DNA of 64,000 nt from Gnetum montanum (Eukaryota; Plantae; Gnetophyta): positions 124,001-188,000 of the forward strand of contig MNCI01000651.1 of the NCBI GenBank assembly GCA_015680685.1, given 5' to 3'. Numbering within the stretch: the first letter of the stretch is position 1; each line of letters starts with the position of its first letter. Position numbers and translations under genes: made by a program. Positions 13,316-27,369 of the stretch are shown here, piece after piece. The notes beneath the pieces are model-generated. The model saw only the letters and a list, made by a program, of their open reading frames with translations, did no database searches and was not told the origin of the DNA.

Positions 13316-14000
13316 TGTGACAAAAAATCTTGGTTGCTGGAGAAACAACCAAGAACTCCCATCACAATAGCCATTAACCTCAGATCTCTAAGGCCTCCAT
13401 CAGAAAAATAAGATCCATGATGCTCTAGAAAGCTTCGTAGATTACTAAGGGACTTATGAGATGTAAAATGAGATAACAAAAATGAAAACATGGAATACAA
13501 ATCTGAATGTAAATTGTACCAAAATAAAACTAATGAATGAAACTTCTACACAAATGGAACTACAAACTTTATTTTAGAAAAATAAAGGAGCTATAGAAAA
13601 TGTGTAGAAGATGACCTATTGCAGCAAAGGGGGGTTTACTTCCACAAGTGTTTAGGATCTATTGAAGTTGCTATGATCAACTCCATAATCTAGAGGTCTT
13701 ATCACTCCTCATTCTTTCGAACCTTTGCTAATGCTACACCAAATTTTCTATGTTTTTGATGTAGGGGGATGAGAGGTGTGAGGAACTTGGGCTACCAAAG
13801 TAAGAAATGATGGAAGTTGTGGTTTGCAAGAGCTTCATGTGGATACTAAAGGGTCGTAGATCTCAAGCGAGATAACAGGCTAGGGGGTTCCATGCTTGGG
13901 GGTTTGAGAAGCTACATTTTTTCAAGGTTGCAAGAGCTCTCACATGTCAAAAATGATAAATATGCAAATGCCAAAGTAGTGGCATTGTTTCATGGTGTAC
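13316..14000 (-). repeat. LTR fragment of the Tat/Ogre-like family (3' LTR of X or Y)
   Basis: Starts tgtgacaaaaaatcttggttgc and is similar to the LTR ends at 19651 and 37877; right boundary approximate. Confidence 0.6.
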
Positions 14001-14589
14001 TTCCTTAGGTTTTATTAGTTTTGGGCCATAAATGATAGAGGACTAGATCCTCCATTATTTGGTGGAAAGACTTCCCCATCTATTCTTGGAGGTAATGGAG
14101 CTAGAATCTACACAAGTTTGATATATTTTATGCTTTGGTTTTTGTTTTAAGTCATGATTTTGGCTATGGGTTACTAATTAGCTATATTTTGTTGCATTCT
14201 AGGCCCTAAGAGACATTGGTAGCCCCAATGGTGAGGGTGGAAATGACCCGTCACTTCCTTCTTCGAATGTCACTCAATAGCCTCCTTCAGTTTAGCTTGT
14301 TGGCTATTTGTTTTTTTTTATGTTGATGGCTATGATTAGTCAAGACTATGTTGTGGATGGTTTTTATTCTTTAAGATTCTTGCCACACATTGTGGCCATG
14401 GCTATGTATGTTATGGAAATTTTAAATTTAGATTTAAATTTTTGTTTTATTTTTGGATATGTGTATCTATAATAGTAGTAAATCTTGTAAACATTGAGAA
14501 TGACTATGTTGAAATTTTTCTTATAACATCAAATGGCTAATTGACAAAAAGAAATGTAATAATAAATAAGATGTTTGATAGAATTAGGC

Positions 14590-14910
14590 CATCGTGGACA
14601 TAGGTTATATTGCATGATTATGAATAAATTGCTAGTTTAAGGCCATGGTGGGTCATAATGCTCGTTTAAGATCTTAGTAGATCATAATGCTACTTTAATG
14701 TTTTAGTGGATGAGGTTGTGTGATTATCTTTGCTAGTTTAAGGCCATGATGGACCATAATGCTAGTTTAAGGTCTTGGTAAATCATAATGCTAGTTTAAC
14801 ATCAAAGTAGATGGGGTTGTGTGAATATCTTTGCTAGTTTAAGGCCATGGAAAGTCATAATGATAGTTTAAGATCTTAGTGGATCATAATGCTAGTTTAA
14901 CGTCTTAGCA
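14590..14910 (-). repeat. 3'-UTR tandem repeat (~29-bp unit tgctagtttaaggccatggtgggtcataa) of element X
   Basis: Visible degenerate array, homologous to arrays at 39590-39680 and 62610-63200. Confidence 0.8.
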
Positions 14911-15161
14911 GATGGGGTATGAAAAAGACATATTTATAACACTTTTTCAATGTTTCTAACATAGGGAAAAATAAAGAAAGGTTGTAGCAAATAGGTAAAA
15001 ATGCAAAAAAACTTAGACTACATGCATAGGCTACATGCATAAAGAGTAAAACAACAAATTCATAAAAAGATATAATAAAATATAAAAGAAAAGTAAGGCT
15101 ACATGGCTATTATTGAATCTAGTCATAGGGGTATGGGAAGGTTAAGGAAAGCTTCACTTAC

Positions 15162-18100
15162 GCAGATTGTTCCTAATCTTTGCTAGATTAGGGAGTGAGT
15201 AAGTCCTAAATTGCACAAGGTTATATTTTCCATCCCATTCATTTAGGATTTTAAAAGGGATTTCATCCCATAATGTATTTTGTTACTTATTGCAATCATT
15301 GTTGAATTTCTTGGGTTTTCGCACTTCATGACTAGGAGCTTCTTCTTAAAGCTCTACTTCATACCCTTTATCTATGTCTATGTTGTTGATAGTAAGAGAA
15401 ACCACATTATCATCATGAATGATGATTTCACCTCCCTCATAAGGAAGGTGAATTTATTAATAGAAGGGAGAGCACATAGCTCATAATTGAGCCAACTAAG
15501 GTCTTCCTTGGATCAAGTTGAATTCTAGTATCTCTTCCATCACAAAGAAATTAAAGGTTATGGGAAATTGCTCCCTAGCTACAAAATTCAAGGAGATAGA
15601 CCCCTTGATGAAAAATCTTGATCCATTGAAGGACTTAAGAGGTGTGGTGCTTGTAGGTTGTATTTTCTTAATTAAGTCAAAGTGCTCAACAATGATGCAT
15701 GGGATGACGTTGGTTGCAACTCCATCATCAACATGCACCCAATGTATTTTAAATTTTCCTATGCATATGGTTATGAGTAAAGGGGTTGTAGTTACTTCAC
15801 CATTTTAGGAATTACCTTTAATTTAACTATTGTGAAATGCAAGGTATGTTGATTTTTCCTTCTTAGGTAAGGGAGGAATCATCACTACATGGATGGACTT
15901 CTCATTAGTGTGGATATCATCACTAAAATGGATGGAGGTCAAAACTTTGACTAGCATCTCATGATGTGGGGTGGAAGTCATGATCAAGTAATATAAGCTT
16001 AGAGTTATGTTTTTTTGCTTGAGGGATTGCCTAACTTGGTTCATTTCACTAAGGAAGTTTTTATCATTGATCAAGGGATTGTCAACCTAGTTGTGCTTTA
16101 CTTTCTCCATGCATCCAAAAATGCAAACTTTAGCTTTAGGCTATGGCTATTGTGGCTCTTTTTTGTTATTTTGGTTGTGGGCTTTGGTATCCTCTTGTGG
16201 CTTGTTTGTTAAAGGAGTTGTGGCAATGGAGGTCATGGGCATAGTTGAAATGGGAGTGGGCTTAAGTGGGCCTAGTTCCTTTTATGCCTTTGTCTACTTG
16301 TCATCCTTGTTTTCAAGATTTTTATTATGCTTCTTCCTTTGTTCGGCTAAAGTTTGTTGATTGTTAGCCATTGGCTATGAGGAAGAGGCAATCACATTGA
16401 CCACCATAGGGGGTCATTGCACTGTTGGTTCGGCTATAGTTGTTTGGGTTGTATTGGGTTGGAAGACCTTGATGACATAAGGTTCCCTTAGAGGAATTCC
16501 TAATGGTACTCTCATTATGAAGGGGTATCTTGAGCTATGGGAAGTTGAAGAAGCCTTTTCATCATAGCGAGGTACTTGAATCATGAACGGTTCTCTTACA
16601 AGAATTCAATCTTCATCAATGTTGAATGTTAAAATAGCATAAGGACTATCATTAGCATTCAATGGTTCCTTGTAGATCTACATCAATTGGTTTTGTGGCT
16701 GAACTAGATTGGAATCATCTAAGACTAGATCCCCACTCTCTATCACCCTTTGCAAGTCATCCTTCAAGGCAAGGTAGTAGTTTGTGTCATGACCAAGTAG
16801 TTGATGATAATGGCATAAGTAGTCTAGCTTGAAGTATCTTGGCAACTAGGGATCATCCTTGGTTGCCCAAGTGGGATCCTTGACTTTTTCACATAGCCAC
16901 TCATGTTTCTTTTGAGTGACTTTGGTCATTTTTTTTATGCTACATGCACTTAATTTTTAATAGTTGGTTTAAAAAATTAGATAATTTTAATGAATTATTT
17001 TTATTTAGACCTATCCTTCCATTTGAAGTTAGGTTTTGTTGTTATTAATGTAGTGGTCCTAGAGGTTGATGATTACTTATTGTAGTCATTGGTGGAACCC
17101 TTAAGCATATTGACCTTTAGCCTTTGGTTCGTGATCTTTTTTTCCTTGGTTACAGTTGCTATAGTTGTGTTGTTTTTTTCTCTTTCCTTTGTCTCTCTAA
17201 GTGTGTTGGTTTTTACATGCTATATAGGCTAGATCATGACTTGCCTTTATAGCATCCTCTATATTTTTAGTTTGAGAGAATGCCTAGCTAAGAGACCATG
17301 GGTAAAGTTAGTATAGTTTAGAATTGATGAAGTCATTACCTACTTTCTAAAATATGGCTAACAAATGAGCTTCAACTATAAGCTCTAGTATTTCATTCAA
17401 TAGTCCATTTCATTATTGAATGAATTCCTACATGGGTTCTAGGGGTTCTTGCTTGATCTTCATGAGTTGATTAGGCATTGTGTCAAGCTTTAAGTTATAC
17501 TTGAAGTGGTTGAAAAATTGTGCTACTAAGTCCTCTAGAGAGGATATGGGTCCTCTAGGTAATGCACAGTACCAATTAAGTGCTTTTCCAGTCAAGGAAA
17601 TGAGGAAAATCCTCATGATGGTATGAGCCCATGGTTGAAAGAGTAAACATTCAAATCAAGGGTTAATAAGATGAGCATTAGGATCACCTTCTTTGTTATA
17701 TTTGCTAAATTGGGGAATAGGCACATTAGGAGGAAGTGTCAAGGATGGGACTACAAGACTTATGGGATTGTCATGGTAGAAGTCCATAATTTTGATAGTT
17801 TGTAAAGTAGAGTCTTTAAGCCTCTTCAACTCCTCCATGAGATCCTAGATCATCTAGAACACTTGCTCTAGTTCCTATGGTAATCTTGTTGGCTATGGAG
17901 TTTGCACATATGTTTGTGGTGTTTGTTATAAGGTTTGTGGCATTGCTATGGTTTGCAATATGGAAGAAAGAGGTTGCATTATGGTTGTGGATTATGGGAC
18001 AAACAAAGAAAAAGATATATGTATTAGTACTTGAGGCACAAATGGGATAAAGGTGGTGTGTGACCCTTGTGTTACCTTGGGTCCCATGGTGGACTCCAAA

Positions 18101-18800
18101 TGAGTAATTAGTAGATTTGTGGTGGTAAAAACAACTGTTGATGATTTTATATATCGATATTGTGCTATAAATGGCATTAATGTATTATAGTTTGTTGTTT
18201 GTGACATTGGTTGAGTTTGATATACGGCTATAACTGGCATGCCATCCACCATAGTAGGGTAGGAAGGATGGGAAGATGGTGGCACCAAGCCCACGGAGAA
18301 AATAAAAGCTTTAAAGGAAGGTGTTGTGACCTTGAGGGATGTTTGTTGGAATCCTCTCAGGATGTTTTTAGGCTTAGATTATATCTTATATTCATTCTCC
18401 TCTTCCTATTATTCCTCAGAGCTATGCTTGTCATCTTCCTCTTTCATGGAAATCAATTGGGCTAGGATGTTATAAAATATGTCATTAAGGGGAATTTGGT
18501 CATATGGGGAAGAGATGTACTTCTTCCCACTCTTGTGTATGAGCTTAAATTCCCTCTTGGCCTCTACTTCAATAAGTGGAATTATCATGCTGACCTATAT
18601 TTTAGCATAAATGAAGTTATAACAATATTTATTTATGGTTGCAAAATTAGGACTCTCCCCTTTGATCCTCAAAGATTGCCTACACTTAATGATGGTAGGG
18701 TCTTTGGGGTCATAGATCCTCATGCCTTGTTGGCTATGATCTTCACCTATGAGGGTGAAGGATAATTTGGTGGACCATTAGAAAGACATGGCTATATTAT
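15162..18800 (-). pseudogene. gag: gag-protease remnant of element X
   Basis: MDFYHDNPIS, PQFSKYNKEGDPNAHL, SLTGKALNWY..FKYN, YHQLLGHDTNYYLALKDDL knuckle, protease HVDDGVATNVIP..FNLIQGRP. Ends at the splice donor C|GTAAGT (GT at 15161-15160). Confidence 0.85.
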
Positions 18801-19623
18801 TAATAATGGCTTAAAATAGGGTATAAATTGTAGAATAGAAGTAAATTCCAATGAATTAAATTCAAAAAAATTTAAAGGAAATGAAAGTGAAAAAGAATGA
18901 GGTACCTACTATAATTAGTAAGTGGTGAATAAGAGGATTTTACCTTCTTACTAAGAATAGAAAGTTGGAAATGTTGGTATCAAGCCTCATCCATGTTGGC
19001 CTCTCAACTACATCTATGGTGGCTATGGTTCGGGGGAAAGAAGGGGGATGAGAAAATGGAAATCTCACACCTTCTTATTTCAACACTGGAAAGAAGAGGG
19101 AAAGTTTAAAGGCCAAAGTGGAAACCTAGTAGTTTCCAATGATGGTCTTGGTATGCTACCAACTTTTACAACAAGGAGGAAAAAGTAATTTGGTTGGTGT
19201 GAAAAACAACATAAATTTTGTGGAAAAAATGTGGCAGAAAAATTAAATGGTTGTTAAGGCTTCCACATTTGCTCTGTTCTAGAAATTTGGAACATATTTT
19301 TTGAAATTTCAGCACCCAAACCATCTACAACTTCCACATTGGCATTTCTACTACAAGGAGATTTTGGCAGCCAAAGGGGATAAGGAAATGCACAAAATAA
19401 AATCAATGCTAGCTTTAAAATCTCATAGTAACTACTGTAAAAATTTCAAAGCCAAAACACCTACCACTCCTACATTGGGCTTTGGGAGTAAAGGGGGATG
19501 AACTTCAACATTGATTATGAGGTAGATTTGAAGGTTTGAGCTACAATAATCAAGGAAAAGCTTGTAAATGATAATGTTGGCAATGAAAAAGAATAGATCT
19601 AGTCATAGAATTTAGGTGAAGGA

Positions 19624-19639
19624 CCTCCTTCTAGTGCCA
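19624..19639 (-). promoter_or_regulatory. PBS (tRNA-Asn) of element X
   Basis: Minus strand tggcactagaaggagg. Confidence 0.8.
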
Positions 19640-19650
19640 AGAAAAATTTT

Positions 19651-21190
19651 TGTGATTGAAAACCTTGGTTGCTAAAAAAACCAAAGATCCTCAGTGTAAC
19701 ACTTCCTCAACCCATGTAATTTAAGGTGCCACAGCTAGTTTGGCAGATCAACTAGGGACTTAGAAAATGCAAAGAATGCTAATAAAAAGAAATGGAATAC
19801 AAAACTAATAGTAAATCTGAAATAATGCACATGTAATAAATAGATGTATTTTGTACACAAACCAAAAACTTAAAACTTATTTGAGAAGGAGAATACAGAA
19901 TAAGTTAGAGAAATATGTATAAATGATGTCTGAGTGGGTAGCAAAGGTAATTCAATAGTGTAGGAGTTCAAAGTTTCTTAAAGTTGATGTAATCTACTTC
20001 ACAATCTAGGTAATTAGATGCTCCTAATTATTTTAAACCTTCCTCAACTATAGCCTTAGATTTGCAATGTTTGCTATGGTACAAGTGGAGAAGTGTGAAA
20101 AATATAAGTTGTCCAAATATTCTATGCTAGAATTTTTGAATTCCAAGAGTGTAGTGTGGGGCTTGAAAGTTCACAAATCTCAAATAGGAGATCACAAGGT
20201 CACAATGTCACAAGGTTTCCATGCTAGGTTCAAGAGGATACAAGTGTGGAAACTTGTAAGAACTCTTGAGTGCTTGAAAATGCCCAAGTATGGGAGTGTG
20301 AACAAATAGCTAAGCTATGCTCAATCGTTGAGAATTGTGTAACTAGTAATTGCTAAAAAGTGCTAAACTATAAAAAATTTTGGAACCTGTAAATGGTGTT
20401 TAAATCTAGCTTTTATAGGTTCTTTGGGCCATGAATAGAGCTGCAGAATTTCTGAAAATGGCTTTTAAATTCGTTGCCAATTGGTTACAAACTGGCTGCC
20501 AAATTTAGGTGATATTTGTGCCCAACTTTTGGGGGTTACTATACATAGTATGTGCTTCCCCCATGGCCATTCCATTTACTATAAATAGTTACTAGGGCAC
20601 ACCTTATACAATAGAGACAAATCTTCCATCCTATGCTCTTCACCATGCTTGTTGAAGTGGCTAGTCAATGTTGAAGTACATGAAGTGTTGAAATTTAGCT
20701 ATTGTAGCTTCCACACTAGGGGATGCAATTTTCAATGTTGGGGGTAAAGACTCCATGTTGAGGGGAAACTTCCACATTGAGGAGGAAAGGTTTCTAGGCT
20801 ATCCATGTGGTCTCCATGCTGAAGGGGAAACTTTTTCAAAACTCCCATCCTTCCATGTTAAGGATAGGTGAGGTTTACCCCCTTGCATGTGTTTCCAGCA
20901 TAGAAAAGTGCATACCCCCCATAAAACCCATAAAATTTCCTTTTTTTTAGCATTCCAAAAGACATTTTTGATTCCCCCAAGCCCAAATATAAATACTATG
21001 TGACTCTTTTTAGTTGGGGAATGAGGTTTGACCACTTATGAGGTATTTTTCAACCCCCAAAGTCTAAAGTATGTGAAATTGTCCACTGTGGATTACAATA
21101 TTCACATTGATAATGAAGTTTTGCCTTGGGTTTCATGGGGTGAAAGCTACATGATGAAGATTGGATATAACATGCAAATTTTTTTGGTTT
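19651..21190 (-). repeat. 5' LTR of element X
   Basis: Colinear with the W LTR 37877-39455 and adjacent to the PBS; outer end merges into Y gag at ~21190. Confidence 0.8.
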
Positions 21191-23950
21191 TTTAGAAGTC
21201 ATAACCAGGTTATACAAGCTTAGGACTATGTTCTTTTGTTTGAGCAATTTCTTAACCTATTCCATAGCATTAAAAAAATGTTTATTATTAGTTGTTAATT
21301 TGTTAGTTTTGACTTTCTCCATATGCCCTAAAATATGAACTTCCTATTTAGGTTTTTTTTTGGCCTAACCTCTTTCTTTTCTTCTTGGGTGTTGGTTCCT
21401 CCCATGGTTTTCTTGTTGAAGCATCCTAGGTTGTGGACATCATGGGAACAAATGAGATGGGAGTGGGCTTCAGTGGACCCACTTCCTTTTTTGACTTGGA
21501 TTGCTTCTCAGTGTTATTCTTGGCATTTTGTACAAAATTCTTCCATTGTTTGATTAGAGATTCTTATTATCTCTGGTTGGTTAAAAGAAAGAAGACATTA
21601 CGTTGGCCACCATGAGGGAGTTTTTTCTCTATTGCTAGGGTAGGTTGTATTATAGAGGGCCAAGGTAACCTAATGAAAAAAGGCATCTTAGTGGGTATTC
21701 ATGATGGTAACCTTACAACAAAATATGGTCTTAAGCTAGTAGAAGCTAAGGAGTCCCTTGCATTACAAGGTGGTACTTGAATCATGAATGGTTCTCTCAT
21801 AGGCATCTGATTGTCATTAACATTAAACATTGAGATAATGTATGAACTATTGATGAAATTCAATGGGTCCTTATATACAAGCATTGACTCTCTGAGGCAT
21901 AATTGGATTTGAAGTATCTAGTACTAGTTCGCCCCTATTAATTATCTTTTGTAGGTCATCTTTAAGTGTAAGGTAAAACTCGGGATCATGACTTGGCAAC
22001 TAATGATAATTGTAGAAGTGATCAAGCTTAAAGTACTTGAGTACTAAAGGATCATCCTTAGTTCACTAAAGTAGGGTCTTTTTCTATTTCACATAACCTA
22101 ACATGCCTCTTACAAGTAATCTTAGCCATTTTCTTATATTGGATCCTACTTCTCTTCAACAGTTGGTCTAGAAGCTCCAATACCTTAAGGGGTAACTTGG
22201 TATATTTCAATTGGTCTTTTTGTGTAAAGTTAGGCCTAGACATAGTTAATGTAGTGGACCTTGAGGTAGAGGGTTTATTATTATTGTTGGTAGTAGGGGC
22301 CTTAGGTTGGTTAGTATTCAGCCCCTAGTTAGTTGGTTTACTATCCTTAGTCACAATTGCTACTGCTACATTATTTTGTCTACCCTTCTTGTTATCTTCA
22401 TGAATATGTTAATTTTTATATACCATGTAGGCAAGATCATGGCTAGCCTCTATGACATCCTCTATGTTGTTAGTTTAGGAAAAATCTTGACTAAGAGACC
22501 ATGGATCAAAATAATATAATTTCAACTTTATGAAGTTGTTAACCATCCCCTTGAAGATAGCTAACAAATGTGTTTCAAATATCATCTTTAGTATCTTGTT
22601 GAGCAAATTCTTCCATCATTGGATGAACCTCTACACTAGATTGAGGGGTCCTTACTTAACCTTCATCAATTAGTTAAGCATGGTATTAGGTTTCAAGTTA
22701 TACTTGAAATGACTAATGAATTATGAAATTAGTTCATCAAAAGAGGATAGGGATCCTCTTAGCAAGGCATGGTACTAATCAAGGGATTTTCCCAATAGAG
22801 ACCTAGGGAAGATTTGCATAATTATATGCAACCACACTTACAACAATAAGCACTTGGAGTAGAAGGTAATTAGATGAGCATTTGAATCACCTTCCCTGTT
22901 ATATTTGGTGAACTATGGCACAAGGACACTGGGAGGAAGAGTTAGTAGTGGGACCATAGAACTAATGGGATCATCTTGGCAAAAGTTTATTACTTTCATG
23001 GTTTCAAACGTTGAGGCTTTAAGTTTCCTTAACTCTTCAATCAAGTCCTAGATTATCTAAAAGGTTGATCTAGTCCTTGGAGTACCCCTATCAATTGTGA
23101 GGTGTGGATGAAGGGTTGAGGTGTGAGTTGTGATGCCTATGATCTTGTAATTGATTGGGGTACTAAAGGAAGAGGTTGAGTCACTATAGTGATAGGTGGG
23201 ATAAACATAGAAAATGACATTTGTGGTGGTATTTGTTTCACAAATGGGACAAAGGAGGTATCTGACTCCTAGGTCACATAGGATCTTACTATGGGCCCCA
23301 TCTATGGTGTAGGGGATTAGTGGCAATAACAACCACTGATGATGGTTGTACAAACCAAGGCTATGTAAAAAATGACATGGAAAAGTGAAAGGTTGTGGGT
23401 TGTGACACTGATTGTGTTTGGTGCATAGCTATATCAGGAGTGGGTCCAAACATGGTTGGGTAAGAAGGAGATGAAGGAAATGAGATGTGTTCTGTGGAAG
23501 ACATAAAGAAGGTAGAAGTAGGCATTGTGGTCTTGGGAGTTACTTTTTGGAAGAACCCTCCTAAAAGATTCTATTGTCCAAATTCTATCCCAAATTTGTC
23601 CTCTTCATCTAGTTATCCATTAGAGGTAGCTTTTACCTCTGCTTTGTCCATCTCAATTACCTAAGATAAGGTGTATGCATAAGTGTCAATAAGAGGTATT
23701 TGGTCATATGGAGAGGGAATAAACTATTTTCTATTGTGATGTATGAGCTCATATTCCCTTTTTTCTTCTAATTCCATTCAGGGAACCAGCATGCCATCCT
23801 AGATATTAGCACAAATGCAGTTATAATGATTCTCATTTATCATTAAGAATCTAGGAATTTTCCCCCTTAGTCACAAGGATTACATTCATTTGATAAAAGT
23901 AGGGTCTTTGAAGTGATAGACCCTCACAAACTATTTTCTAGACATGTCAT
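21190..23950 (-). pseudogene. gag: gag remnant of element Y (truncated before protease)
   Basis: QDDPISSMVPLL, FTKYNREGDSNAHL, FKYNLKPN, YKDPLN, LKQKNIVLSLYNLVMTS; colinear with X and V gag. Confidence 0.8.
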
Positions 23951-24368
23951 TGGTGAAGTTAAAATGAAATTTGTTTGATTGTTAAAATGACATGTTGAAA
24001 ATGATGTTTTTTTATTTTTTTTCTTTTTCACTATTTTTGGTAAAAACATAGTAAGTAGGATAACCCACCAAAAAAGTAATCCAAAAATAGAAAGGCAATG
24101 AAAAATGGCTACTAAGTGGTGAAAATTGGAAAAAGAAAAAGTGGTTTTATCTACTAGATGAAATGACTGTCATAGTAGAAACAAATGTGGCAATAGATAG
24201 GAAATTTATCGCAACACCCAACTATATTACTGCTACTACACCAAGGCTTGTGATAGAAGTTTTGATAACCAACATTGCTATTATGAAATAATAATAGGAA
24301 AAAACATAGTAAGCTTGGCATTGAAAAAATGGCTAAAATGGGTTTATGGCTAAGAATTTGGGCAAAGG

Positions 24369-24385
24369 CCATCTTTCTAGCACCA
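24369..24385 (-). promoter_or_regulatory. PBS (tRNA-Asn, degenerate) of element Y
   Basis: Minus strand tggtgctagaaagatgg. Confidence 0.65.
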
Positions 24386-24391
24386 AAAAAC

Positions 24392-26093
24392 TATTAGTGC
24401 TAAAAATTTCAGTTGCTAGAACAAAAAAAAAAAAGATCCAAATGCCAAAATAGTTTTAACCCCAAATTCTAAGGGCCTCCAAAAAATGGGATTCACGGTG
24501 CCTTGGAAAATCTTGCTAGTCACCCAAGGACTTACAGAATCTAAAAAGAAATGGCAAATGAAAATGTAAACATAGATGTAGATGAAATCAAAAATGAAGG
24601 TGAAAACATAAACATAAACAAAAATGAGGTTGTAGTTATAGATCCAAAAATGAAAAAAAACAAGTGCAAAAATAGAAATGTGAACTAGAAATTGCACAAA
24701 ATGAGCAATAACTTTACAAGAAAATAAAGATTAAGGTTCATGAAGTATAGATTTCATGCCAATGTCACTAGGAGTTTTTGATAGGAGCTTCAAGTCTATT
24801 GAAGAAGGTATGTTGTGTTCTACTACAACTCCATGATTTAGTTTCTTCCTAGATCTAGTTTCTATCAACTATCTATCTGTTTCCACTAGGATCTACAGTG
24901 TGGTCATGGAAATGGGATTACACTTTTGGTGTAATGTATGCTATGTGAGAGTCTCTATGTGCAGTGTAGCATCATTTTTAGCTACCATAATTGTAAGTAG
25001 GATTGCAATGGTTCTAATGGACTTTGATGGATGGAAAATGAAAAATGCTATTGCTATGAAAAGATTGCAAAAAATTTCAAAGTAATCAAAATGCCAAAAT
25101 TTTTAGAATAGAAAAGTGTTGAAACCATTTTATGCTATCAACATTGGATATTTATAGGGTTGGTGTGGCTATGTTTTGGCTTGTACACCATTGTCATGAT
25201 TGCTGGCATATTGATGTCAATTTGTAGATGCAATGATTATAATATCTTAGTGTAGTTACCTTTTATGGTAAGCCCAATATGGACTACAATCACAAAACCC
25301 ATCCATTTACTATAAATAGTAAATGAAGTACTTTGACTACATTGGAACCATTCTTACTACACTGGCTTTGGTGAATGGTTGTCTACTTTTAGCATAGTTA
25401 CCATTTATAGTAAGTTTGGTATGGACTACAACCACAAAATCCATCTATTTACTATAAATAGTAAATGAAATTTTGTGACTATTCTAGCATCATCCTTACT
25501 ATGCTAGCATTGGTGAACTACACTAAGGTTTTTAGACAGTGGCAAAAGTGATGAAAAATGTTCAAGAAGTTGGAATCTATAGAAATGGTGGAATCCATTG
25601 GAAAGTGTTGTGCCTAGTAAAAAATGTTATCTACGCTGGCTATTGTTGACTTCAGATGACTGCATTGGTTGTTGTTGGAAAAATAAAAATTCCAACAATC
25701 TCAATGTTGCACTTCTACCATAGTCTTAGTGGTAACTATGCTGGCTACTATAACATCATTGTGTACTATAGCTACTATGTCTACTGTAGCTATTGCATTT
25801 ACTAAAAATGGATCCCCCGTAGTTGGGGTTATACCCCTACAAAAATCCATGGAAATGCTAATTTTATACATTTCAAATGCATTTTTCCCTTCCCAAGCCC
25901 CAACATGTACATGGGTTACCTATTTCTACTTGGGAAATAAGGCAATAATAGGTTTTGAAGCATTTTTTTAGCTTCAAAAAGTTGAAGTATGCAATGCATT
26001 GTAGCTCATGGACTACATATCTCACATTTACAATGAATTCTTGCCTCAAGTTAGGAAATGAAGGTTATAACATGAATATTTGGTGGTGTTTTA
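24392..26093 (-). repeat. 5' LTR of element Y
   Basis: Similar to the X/W LTRs, with shared ctataaatagt boxes; plus-strand end ggtggtgtttta matches W gtggtgtttca. Confidence 0.7.
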
Positions 26094-27369
26094 GTTTGGA
26101 TCTAGTGTGGGTCCTACCATCCCATGCCTAAAACAATAAAAGCTAGACATACCTGGCCACATTTAGCAATGAGATGTTAACACTAGTAAATACTAAGTCT
26201 CAAAAGAAGTTAGAACCATTCATGACACTTACTATGTTGGGCAACAACACTAAGCAAGGTTCCATCAATACTACCCAACATTACTCAAGGAGTTATGATA
26301 TCCAAAAGCATCAAGCAAACCTTAATGTGACCTCAGAATGAACCAACAAAGTCTAAAACCTAATTAGAAGCCTCCATTAGCTTCAAAACCTTATTGAATC
26401 CAATTAATAGTTGTCAAATCCATGGATTTTAGGGCTATCCAAGTTGGAGGGCACCCCATCCATGCTAGCCAGCATGGCCTAGCATGGTTGGGTGGGTTGT
26501 ATTCACCAAATACCAATATTAACCTTCCAATTAACATATTATAACCCTATAATCTTCTTGAAGTCTTTGATAGCCAAAAATTAACCAAAACTAAGTTAAA
26601 TTTAGTGCCTAACACCTTCACCACACTAGAGAACCCCTCACCCATGCTAGCCACCCTAGGTCTAGCATGGATACCCTAGGGATGATTTGTAAAAATTAAT
26701 TAATGTCCTAAAACTGTGTAATAACTCACTAGTTTGACCCTAGATCCCTACCATGCTTTCTAATAGCCATTAAACACTAGAAGCCATGCCAAAATGGCCA
26801 AACACTATCATCCCCACTTCATTCATGCTGAGGCCATGTTGGCTAGTGTGGCTTATCGATGAATGACTATAAAAAAATATCAAAGGGCTTTCAAATTTAT
26901 CAGTTTAATGCTAAACCTTATCCATCAATGTTTGCAAATATAGGAGCTCAAATGCTTAGTTGATTTGATGCTAGAACCCACCAGAAATCTATATTCCAAG
27001 GTAGCCATGGTGAGGAAGGCTATAGCCATGCTAGCCAATGTGAGTAAGCTTTTGCCTTAGTTTTGATAGCACATCAACATACCTAAAAGCCTAAAACTTG
27101 GCTTGCTAGAGCGTAGGGCTAAAAAACCTTGAACTAAAAGCCATTTAAACTTATTTCAAACATAAAATCCCATCGTACCCCTCACCCATATTGGAGCGAG
27201 GCTACCTAGCATGGCTTGAGGGGGTATAACCATAAAAAAGCCCAAATAACCATCAAACATGAATAGATACAAGTCTAAACCTTAAATATGACTACTAGGA
27301 ATGCTAGAAGCCTAAAAACTTGGTCAACTTGTCTTTGAAACTATACATGAACCAAAAATAAAAAGTATT

